From: Fidelibacterota bacterium
GTDB lineage: Bacteria; Fidelibacterota; Marinisomatia; Marinisomatales; TCS55
Assembly: GCA_027251445.1 (NCBI GenBank)
Contig: JAPNQO010000080.1
Location: 1 to 29,291 of the forward strand
Length of the DNA: 29,291 nucleotides
Direction: 5' to 3'
Part shown: positions 1-7,688 of the stretch, piece by piece
How positions within the stretch are numbered: the stretch's first letter is position 1
Layout of the letters: the number at the start of each line of letters is the position of its first letter
Translations under genes and position numbers: made by a program
Notes under the pieces: generated by a model
Told to the model about the DNA's origin: nothing
Database searches by the model: none
The model's input: only the letters and a program-made list of their open reading frames with translations

Positions 1-2039
1 AATGTATAGCCATCACTAGGCCAACCCGCTGCAATTTCACCATTTAAATTAAATTTTTGAAAACTCAGAGAGCCAGATCCCCAAACATCATTAACCCATA
101 CTAATATAAAATTACTATCAGGTGTAGAATAAATTCCCTCAACATAATTATCAACCCAGACTCCATCCATAAGGGTTACACCAGAAGAGTCAAATTGCAT
201 CTGACCTTCTAGATTAAATCTCTGGTAAAATAGGTCAAAATCAACTTCATCACGTATTTCAGACCATACAACACCTATACCATCAGCAGTCTCAAATAAT
301 TTAACTTTTCTTTGATCTAGAGTACTTTGATGTACTACATAACCTTCATTTGGCCATTGCATTTGAAAGGATAAATCAAACTTATTCATTCGAATTAATT
401 TTGCTCCACTTTGAGCATCAAAGGCAGCTGTAAAAAGATAATCATGCGCTAAAAGAGATACCGGCTCATTTTCAAGCTGAAATGTATAACTATCAAATTG
501 TGTCAAGTTTTGACCATTTTCTACTGGTGTGATTACTCCATTATCATTAATTATCGATCCAAAAACTTTTTTCCCATCTCGAGCGTCAACCCAGTTTAAC
601 ACTACATTATCATTTGTATAGTTTGCTATAGGATATTCAATATCACCATCAAGTCCATTCATAGCAATCAAACCATTTAATTCAAAAGATGTCAAATCTG
701 AATTCATTCTCTGAACTCTTAAATCAATACTTCCATTAGATTGATCAGCAAAAACCACAAACGAACCATTATTATTATCAAACAATGTATTTGGCATTGA
801 TTGATATCCACTAACATTTGATACAAATTCTGCATTATCTAAAAGTAAAGACCCATCAGACTGTATCCCTTGATACATAATATCTACATTTGGGAAAGTA
901 CCTCTTTCCCAATAAACAAATAATTCTCTATTGCCCCCAGGAGAAAATCTAGCATGATGATCATCTCCACTGGCATCTAATTGAATTCCGTTTTGATCCC
1001 AGGAAATATTTCCTCCATGGGATACTCTTTGATAATAGTGATTACCTGCAGTTGGGTCATTTCTATAATCAATCCATTGAATGAAGACTTCTCCTAATTG
1101 ATTCCTTTTTATCCTAGGATTTGCTTTAGAGGAGTTAAAACTACATAACTGTAAGTGTTCTGAAAATACCAAGCCATCACTTGTTAAAAGATTGTAATAA
1201 ATATCTGTACTTTCTGTCCCAGATTGCCAAATAACAAAGGATGTATCATTTTTCATAAAGGTAGTTCTTGGTGTAGTCTCAAGATCAGAAGTAGCAGAAA
1301 CTTCTAATCCTCCATCAGAAAATATTTTTTCCATATTCATATTTATTTTTTGACAATAAATATCATTCCCACTTCCACTTCTTGTATCTGACCAAATTAT
1401 GGTTGCTTGATTATTACCTGCATATTCTAAACTCTTAGCCCCTTGATTTCCATTCATTTGGATTATTGAAACACCGCTTGAAGGAGCAATAATTTCATAA
1501 TTTGATGATACATGAGTCCCAAAAATATCATCATCTAGAAAATTTCTCTTATCTTGCCAGGCAACAAATACACCTCCAAGACTATCTGTGCACATATTAA
1601 TTGTAAGATGTCTACCATCAACTCTAGCTAGAGCTTCTCCATTATCATCCATCATTCTATTACCCTGATTATCAATATGCTGAATAAAAATATCTCCTTC
1701 ATCATCAAAACGATAATCAACCCATGCAATAAAAGCACCTCCGTCTCCATCTGTTATTGCGACTGGATCTTCCTGTCTACCTGGTAAATTTGTAACTGCA
1801 CTTCCTTGAGATCCCCATAATAATACTCCTGAAGAATCTACTTTCTGCGCAAAAACATTTCTACTCCCGTAACGAGTATCTGACCAAACAAAAATCATAC
1901 TACCTGATTCACCAGGGCATACCGTACGCTGCCATTCAATATGCACTCCTTGACGAATAGGTATACCGTTATTCTGCCATACCATATCCTGACCAATAAC
2001 AAATGATAAAAAAATAAAAAATATAAAATTAATTCTCAT
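1..2039 (-). CDS. Large secreted beta-propeller repeat protein (3' end runs off the window; absent from the ORF track)
   Basis: Manual translation from ATG at 2039, with AAAGGAC upstream: MRINFIFFIFLSFVIG|QDMVWQNNGIPIRQG... Open to the window edge (>=679 codons). About 55-aa periodic repeats with W-x-D-x-R cores: FVWSDTR, IAWVDYR, VAWQDKR, IIWSDTR, IQWIDYR, VYWERG, LNWVDAR, VVWSEIR. Confidence 0.85.
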   Translation of the reverse strand, partial: MRINFIFFIFLSFVIGQDMVWQNNGIPIRQGVHIEWQRTVCPGESGSMIFVWSDTRYGSRNVFAQKVDSSGVLLWGSQGSAVTNLPGRQEDPVAITDGDGGAFIAWVDYRFDDEGDIFIQHIDNQGNRMMDDNGEALARVDGRHLTINMCTDSLGGVFVAWQDKRNFLDDDIFGTHVSSNYEIIAPSSGVSIIQMNGNQGAKSLEYAGNNQATIIWSDTRSGSGNDIYCQKINMNMEKIFSDGGLEVSATSDLETTPRTTFMKNDTSFVIWQSGTESTDIYYNLLTSDGLVFSEHLQLCSFNSSKANPRIKRNQLGEVFIQWIDYRNDPTAGNHYYQRVSHGGNISWDQNGIQLDASGDDHHARFSPGGNRELFVYWERGTFPNVDIMYQGIQSDGSLLLDNAEFVSNVSGYQSMPNTLFDNNNGSFVVFADQSNGSIDLRVQRMNSDLTSFELNGLIAMNGLDGDIEYPIANYTNDNVVLNWVDARDGKKVFGSIINDNGVITPVENGQNLTQFDSYTFQLENEPVSLLAHDYLFTAAFDAQSGAKLIRMNKFDLSFQMQWPNEGYVVHQSTLDQRKVKLFETADGIGVVWSEIRDEVDFDLFYQRFNLEGQMQFDSSGVTLMDGVWVDNYVEGIYSTPDSNFILVWVNDVWGSGSLSFQKFNLNGEIAAGWPSDGYT

Positions 2040-2048
2040 GTTTGTCCT

Positions 2049-3050
2049 TTATTCATCAATTTGAAAGATTTGCAATCCTTCCCTGCTAGCTGCAAATAAA
2101 TAATTATTATAAAATTCTGCATGATATACATATCCGATATTATGTATTCCTCTCGGCTGAATATCATCATTATTAATTTTTTCGTACAGAGATAATCCAT
2201 TCCCTGCACAAGATAAGACTATTTGATCATCTAATACGGTTACATGCGTCACATATAAATCTTTACCAAATTGTACTTTGCTCACTGTAAAATCAGAATA
2301 GTTTGTTTCCAATTTAAATGCTCCTGCCTCTTCACATGCTACATAAAATTCATCCTCTTTCGTTATCGTAATTGCTCTAGAATTACCTGGCAAATCTTCA
2401 TGAAATAAATAATTTATAGTATTATTATTATTTTGTAAAACTTGAACTCCGAGCTGATCTAAAGTTAAGATTATAAGATCTGAAAAAAGGTCAAGGCCAT
2501 TGGGATTACCAATTAAAGAAACTTCATTGCCAGAAGTATTAAACCAAAGATTATAAAGGGTATCATATTCAAATGTGCTCAGCTTAAGACCATCATCATT
2601 ATCAGCTGCATATACTGTAAATGAGTTAATATCATTAGTGCTTATTCGAAATTCTTTCGTCTTTTCACTTGAAAATTGGCCTAAAATATTTACTGAATCT
2701 GATTTAGATAAATCGATATGGATAGGCCTTTCATTGCTCTCTAGCGCAAACAGTTGCTTAATAGAAGGTTTATATTCAACTTGAGATATTTCCTTATTTA
2801 CACCAAGATCAGACAATGTTTTTTTCCAAACTAAAATAGGGGATGTAATATTAGAGATATCCCAAAGCTGAATTCCAGCTTGTCCTGTAGCTAGGAAAAC
2901 TGAATCGCCTGACACATAGACATCACGACAATATCCTTCTGTATCAATTTCTACTATTTTATTGAGTTGCCATAGAGATTCTGTATTTGGTTCCATACAA
3001 CTAAATGCTACTAATAGAATTATAATATAAAAATAACTTCTCATCATCAT
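2049..3050 (-). CDS. LVIVD-repeat beta-propeller lipoprotein
   Basis: Start moved to the ATG-ATG-ATG run (3050/3047/3044), just after the upstream stop at 3052. Lipobox LLVAFS-C. LVIVD-like blades RDVYVSGDSVFLATGQAGIQLWDISN..P, VYAADNDDGL, FYVACEEAGA, YLFAASREGLQIF. Confidence 0.8.
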   Translation of the reverse strand: MMMRSYFYIIILLVAFSCMEPNTESLWQLNKIVEIDTEGYCRDVYVSGDSVFLATGQAGIQLWDISNITSPILVWKKTLSDLGVNKEISQVEYKPSIKQLFALESNERPIHIDLSKSDSVNILGQFSSEKTKEFRISTNDINSFTVYAADNDDGLKLSTFEYDTLYNLWFNTSGNEVSLIGNPNGLDLFSDLIILTLDQLGVQVLQNNNNTINYLFHEDLPGNSRAITITKEDEFYVACEEAGAFKLETNYSDFTVSKVQFGKDLYVTHVTVLDDQIVLSCAGNGLSLYEKINNDDIQPRGIHNIGYVYHAEFYNNYLFAASREGLQIFQIDE

Positions 3051-3051
3051 A

Positions 3052-4092
3052 TTAATAACGATCATAGAGCATCTTCCACTCAATAGACACCCAAGCCTGC
3101 CACTGATGGAAAGTTTTTAATTCTGAAACCCAATCAAATTGAGATTCTGTTTTACGATTACGATATCGTAATGAAGTTTTAACAAGAATTTTTTCATTAA
3201 ATCTATATTCACCCCAAAAGTTAATTTTACTATCTATATGATTACGTCCATTATGCAGCGGATCTCCAACAGCTTCAGCAACATATGATCTAAAATCTTG
3301 CCTAATAGAAAATCCAACCTTATTAAATATTCCAAAATCTTTATTATATGTGAAAGGCATATACCATTCAAAGTTCTTATATGAACGATCCAATACGCTT
3401 GCTTTGGCAGTCCTGCCGTAAGTTATATTATTAGCATCTCCATATTTAAACGCAGTTGCAATAGTCACCGCATCAGTTAGTTTTCTACTTATTTTAAAGC
3501 TCGAGTATAAAATATCAAGATCAAACTCTGTAAAAGGTTTATCAAAATAACGTTGGGTATAACTTAATTGCATAGTTGCCCATAAACGTCTTTTTATTGG
3601 GTGAGTCACTTCCAACAACTGCTCTCTATCACTAAAACTACATGATCTTAAAAGATTGTTTGATATATCTCTATCGATATAGTGCCTGATATAATAGCTA
3701 TTCAGGTGCCTTATTGAGTATGATGCCTTCCTATACGAACCCCATTTATATGATGTTTTAAAATTTCCGCTCCAATGTTGACGATTTTTATTGTTTGAAT
3801 AATTCGAAAAATTTGTTCGTGAATAAAAATAAATATATTTACCACGACCTATTAATTGAATCTTTTTTTCTCCAACAAGATATAATCTTGAAAAATGAGA
3901 ATCAAAAGTATCTGTACCATCCATAATAAGTTTATTTTCAGATGCCTGCCTCTTTTCTATATCAGAGAAACGTAACACATTATCATCATAGCCGCTTACC
4001 AGCCCTACCTTAAGTGTTATTGGACCACTTAGATAATCTAAAAAGCCTTGACCATTCAAAACTGAAAACAATAATATTAAAATAATTTTCAT
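3052..4092 (-). CDS. Outer-membrane beta-barrel protein, putative polymer-export porin
   Basis: Short signal peptide. N-terminal GYDDNV motif recalled from polysaccharide-locus beta-barrels. Many amphipathic Tyr/Phe/Trp-rich strands and an aromatic C-terminus (WVSIEWKMLYDRY). Confidence 0.7.
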   Translation of the reverse strand: MKIILILLFSVLNGQGFLDYLSGPITLKVGLVSGYDDNVLRFSDIEKRQASENKLIMDGTDTFDSHFSRLYLVGEKKIQLIGRGKYIYFYSRTNFSNYSNNKNRQHWSGNFKTSYKWGSYRKASYSIRHLNSYYIRHYIDRDISNNLLRSCSFSDREQLLEVTHPIKRRLWATMQLSYTQRYFDKPFTEFDLDILYSSFKISRKLTDAVTIATAFKYGDANNITYGRTAKASVLDRSYKNFEWYMPFTYNKDFGIFNKVGFSIRQDFRSYVAEAVGDPLHNGRNHIDSKINFWGEYRFNEKILVKTSLRYRNRKTESQFDWVSELKTFHQWQAWVSIEWKMLYDRY

Positions 4093-4961
4093 TTATACTC
4101 TTGAAATCGAGTTAATACATTTTTATTATTTTCAACAATCTCTACAGTAATTATTTGTTTTCCTGCTGGGATATCTATTTCACACGTTCTCCATTTCCCT
4201 GGAACTTTATCCTTGATATCAACAATATAAGAAGTTGAAGACCTCTCTGATGATAGAAAATATGTGCCCAAAACCTTCTTTCCGTTTTTTACTCGTAAAC
4301 GGTAGGTCTCATTTGAGCCCATATATTCATCAAAGACTAATCGAGAAAGAATACGTAATTTTTTTGATCCATCTATATCAAGTTGCAATGGTCTGTTTTT
4401 TGATAATTGATAATAAGATACAGGCTTACCTTCAACCATTACTTTATAATTTGATTGAAACACCATGGGTGTTAATTCGTTACGATTTTTAGATACTTTA
4501 TCAAAATCTTTTTTTAGCATACGCAATAATACAGGATATCTTTTATCTTCTGAGGACTTTAAAATGATTCGGTGATTACCTTCAGATATATTGAAAAAAT
4601 AATTTCCTGAATATGTAAAATAATGATTAGGGTGTTGTACAGATCGAATAGATCTTTGAATTTTATATCGATGATTTATCATAATAGGTTTTTCATTATC
4701 AATGAATAATGTATACGAAAATTTCTGACTCTTTTTTGTTTTATTATTTACAGGGTATCTAGAAATCAACTCTAATCTCGCAGGACCATACACGTCATAA
4801 ACTAATGAATCATTATCTAGAACCGTGTATACTCTTCTTTTATCAGAAATTATTAGTATTTCTTTTTTTTCTCCTCCAATACTTGGTTTTAAGAGCTCAG
4901 CATTAATTGCTGAGAACAAGAAAATTATGAATATGATTTTAAATAATACTTTCTGGATCAT
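4089..4961 (-). CDS. Secreted/periplasmic hypothetical protein, basic, with two internally duplicated beta-rich domains
   Basis: Signal peptide ...FLFSAINA|E. Internal repeat RVYTVLDNDSLVYDVYGPARLELISRY vs VSYYQLSKNRPLQLDIDGSKKLRILSRL. Overlaps both neighbouring genes. Confidence 0.75.
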   Translation of the reverse strand: MIQKVLFKIIFIIFLFSAINAELLKPSIGGEKKEILIISDKRRVYTVLDNDSLVYDVYGPARLELISRYPVNNKTKKSQKFSYTLFIDNEKPIMINHRYKIQRSIRSVQHPNHYFTYSGNYFFNISEGNHRIILKSSEDKRYPVLLRMLKKDFDKVSKNRNELTPMVFQSNYKVMVEGKPVSYYQLSKNRPLQLDIDGSKKLRILSRLVFDEYMGSNETYRLRVKNGKKVLGTYFLSSERSSTSYIVDIKDKVPGKWRTCEIDIPAGKQIITVEIVENNKNVLTRFQEYK

Positions 4962-6069
4962 GGCTTGTCATAATTTCTTTAATTTGTTGTTTACTTTTCC
5001 ATCCAGCGATAACCACAGACAGTGACACAATAATTAAACTTAAGACAGTTATCTTTAGATCATATTTCTCAATAGCGTATAAACTACCTTCTCCTATTTC
5101 TGGTATAGGTATGGGTGCATATTTCATACCCAGTTCATCTGTTAACTTCTGAATATTCAGGATATGAATAAGAGGTATGTTTTGTTTAGAAAATTTCACT
5201 ACAGCGCCTTCAATTCCATCACCACGTGATATCTTCTCTATATCTTTTCTATATACAATTCCAGGCTTTATTAATCTTAAATTAAAACTAGTTCCTAAAC
5301 TAGCAACACCACCTCCAATGTTTACCACTGCTTTGTAATTATGTGCACCAAAATATTCCATTCTCTTATTAACGTTATCTTCCAAACCTGTACCTGAAAT
5401 CAAAGGCAATTTATTATTTTCTATATTATAACGTATTAATTCTCTGCCCTTTGGACTTAATAGCCGACCCCGATCATTCCTTCCACCAATGGAAGCAGCT
5501 ATAGAACGGGATGAGATATATCCCTGTTCAAACAAAATTCTTTCCATATCTAACCAAGTCATTTCTGGGTCATTTGCTCCCCACTGCGAAGCACCGATAG
5601 AGGAAATAATAAATGGATAAATATCCATAGCTTTACATGCAATTAACATTGCCATATTAGCGCCTGGCATGGATCCAGTTAACATTAATGCAATTGTATC
5701 CCCACTAGTTAGATTTGCCCTTGTTAATAATTCTACCATCGCAGCTGCAAAGTTTGGATCTAAGGTTGTTAATTTTGCATCTAAATCACCTTCATCTGTC
5801 GTTATTAAACTAAATTGAGAACCAACAAGTCCAGTTTCATTCGGATCATTTTCTATATCAATAAAAACGCCTTTTTCCATCCGAATATTCTTTAGCATTT
5901 TCATTGATTCTTGCATCTTCATAGCTGCATTAATTTTTATATCATAGGTGTTTGATACAAATTCCATTCTAGAAAAAAAAGCTATTGAATATGCAATAAT
6001 AGAAATTAAAGCAAGAACAACGAGTGTTCTAGTTTCTTGAATCACTGGTTTGAAGGGCCTACTATACAT
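4939..6069 (-). CDS. pgsW: Poly-gamma-glutamate system protein
   Basis: Directly follows pgsB-pgsC. Motifs DPNETGLVG..S.ITT..GDL.AK.TT..PNFAA, TGSMPGAN, SIGASQWGANDP..TWLDME, SIGG.ND.G and VNIGGG..SLG. N- and C-terminal TM helices. Confidence 0.85.
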   Translation of the reverse strand: MYSRPFKPVIQETRTLVVLALISIIAYSIAFFSRMEFVSNTYDIKINAAMKMQESMKMLKNIRMEKGVFIDIENDPNETGLVGSQFSLITTDEGDLDAKLTTLDPNFAAAMVELLTRANLTSGDTIALMLTGSMPGANMAMLIACKAMDIYPFIISSIGASQWGANDPEMTWLDMERILFEQGYISSRSIAASIGGRNDRGRLLSPKGRELIRYNIENNKLPLISGTGLEDNVNKRMEYFGAHNYKAVVNIGGGVASLGTSFNLRLIKPGIVYRKDIEKISRGDGIEGAVVKFSKQNIPLIHILNIQKLTDELGMKYAPIPIPEIGEGSLYAIEKYDLKITVLSLIIVSLSVVIAGWKSKQQIKEIMTSHDPESII

Positions 6070-6505
6070 AGATCATACCCCCTGACAACACCATGATAAT
6101 TAATTTAACTAAAACTGAAGTGATCATTATTGCTGATATAGTTCTAATTACACCTTGCCGATCCATCCAACTGGCAATTAATCCAGGAATAATATTCCCA
6201 ATAACTTCGTACGAAAAGGCATCTGAAGGAGAAAAAAAGTGATTTCGTGAAATATATCCAATTATAAAGCCAAGCAACAAAGTCAATACCAGACGCCTTT
6301 TACCATAAATAAAAATAAACTTTCCTAGTATTCTTATTAAAAAAATCACAATTATTGAAGCAAAGAACGTCATAATTATTTGATCTGGGTTATGTAAGTG
6401 CATAGCAATGTAACCAGGGACTATTACACCTCCTGCAGTCACTCCTAGGGATTCAGATAGAATTAAACTAAGCGCTATTCCTAAACCAATAGTAACCTCA
6501 GTCAT
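6062..6505 (-). CDS. pgsC: Poly-gamma-glutamate synthesis membrane protein PgsC/CapC
   Basis: 147-aa hydrophobic protein with LG...GGVIVPGYIA, YGKRR and IG.IIPGLIA..MDRQG signatures. Overlaps pgsB by 8 nt. Confidence 0.93.
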   Translation of the reverse strand: MTEVTIGLGIALSLILSESLGVTAGGVIVPGYIAMHLHNPDQIIMTFFASIIVIFLIRILGKFIFIYGKRRLVLTLLLGFIIGYISRNHFFSPSDAFSYEVIGNIIPGLIASWMDRQGVIRTISAIMITSVLVKLIIMVLSGGMIYV

Positions 6506-7679
6506 TAGTTTTAAACTCCTTTAATGCATAAATCAAATCTTGACCAAACCCAACTTGATTTCCTATTGCAAATAAGATAGATCCAGAAGGGAGTTGTTTA
6601 AATAATTCTATTGATGATTGTGCAGGTTCATTTTCTTGAACTATCTGTGTGGTGATATTAGGGTTAGAATTAACCATACTATCAACAATCGATTCTATTT
6701 TTTTCCCTCTTATAATAGCTTTATTAGGTTTCATATCCTTATAAATTAATTCTATTAACTGCTGTGTTCTATTTCGACGATCTTCCCTACAGTTTAAATA
6801 AATCGAAAAATAATTATTTGATGGATTTTTACTTTGTATAATTTTCCAAATCTGTAATGTTGAAACAGGATCGTTGGCTGCCATTGAGTTAATAAATTGG
6901 ATTTTTCCTTTTCCAAAATCAATACTATTACTAATTAGAGCGCCAGGATCTGGGTTCGCATTTTGCATTCCTCTAAGTGCAGTATCTTCTGCAACCCCTA
7001 ATTCATTACATACTTTCAGTGCTACTGAAATATTTTGAGGGTGCTCTATATATGAAAAACCTGCAAGTTGGGTGTCTGTAATAGCATCTTCATCTGCTAC
7101 AAAATATTTACTATTTCTAAAATCTGCTACATCTGAAATTGAATCAACTATACTTTGTTCTCCTAAGATCAACTTACCATTAAATGGGATTGTATTACCT
7201 AAAGATTTTTTTACATCGTCTATAGTTGGTCCCATTTCTTCTAAATGATCTGGTCTAGCATTAGTGATAACTCCAATATGGGATTGTATCATTTGATGTT
7301 CAGATATCCATTGATATTCTGGTTGTACCGCCATGCATTCCATTACTATGGCGTCAGGCTTCTCCTTTGAAAACAAGTGCATTAATTTAATTTGTTCTCC
7401 TATTGACGCTGAGCGTAACCTATGAATAATTCGGTCTTTACCTTCAGAGTCAATAATTCGTGGAGCCGTTCCTGTTGTTTTTGCAAAGGTTCTAATTCCA
7501 CCTGCACGAAGTCCAGCAGATATAAGACGAGTAACACTTGATTTCCCTCGTGTTCCATTAACATGAATTCTTAATGGAATATTTGAGATTACATGTTGAT
7601 GATTTAATCTCTCAAAATAACCTATTAGAATTAAAATTAGAACAATAGTTCCAAGAAACAAAAGGGGTGATATGATCAT
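6498..7679 (-). CDS. pgsB: Poly-gamma-glutamate synthase PgsB/CapB (Mur-ligase-like)
   Basis: N-terminal TM, then RIHVNGTRGKSSVTRLI P-loop, KTTGT, ECMAVQP..Q, ITNARPDHLE.MGPT, AANDP.ST and NCR.DR..R. Confidence 0.95.
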   Translation of the reverse strand: MIISPLLFLGTIVLILILIGYFERLNHQHVISNIPLRIHVNGTRGKSSVTRLISAGLRAGGIRTFAKTTGTAPRIIDSEGKDRIIHRLRSASIGEQIKLMHLFSKEKPDAIVMECMAVQPEYQWISEHQMIQSHIGVITNARPDHLEEMGPTIDDVKKSLGNTIPFNGKLILGEQSIVDSISDVADFRNSKYFVADEDAITDTQLAGFSYIEHPQNISVALKVCNELGVAEDTALRGMQNANPDPGALISNSIDFGKGKIQFINSMAANDPVSTLQIWKIIQSKNPSNNYFSIYLNCREDRRNRTQQLIELIYKDMKPNKAIIRGKKIESIVDSMVNSNPNITTQIVQENEPAQSSIELFKQLPSGSILFAIGNQVGFGQDLIYALKEFKTND

Positions 7680-7688
7680 TAGACTTCC

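Noticed and set aside
3051..3083. N-terminal extensions given by the track for 2049..3083, 15040..17061 and 23905..24417
   Set aside because: They extend into upstream genes. Downstream ATGs give proper lipoprotein or prepilin leaders and normal coupling.
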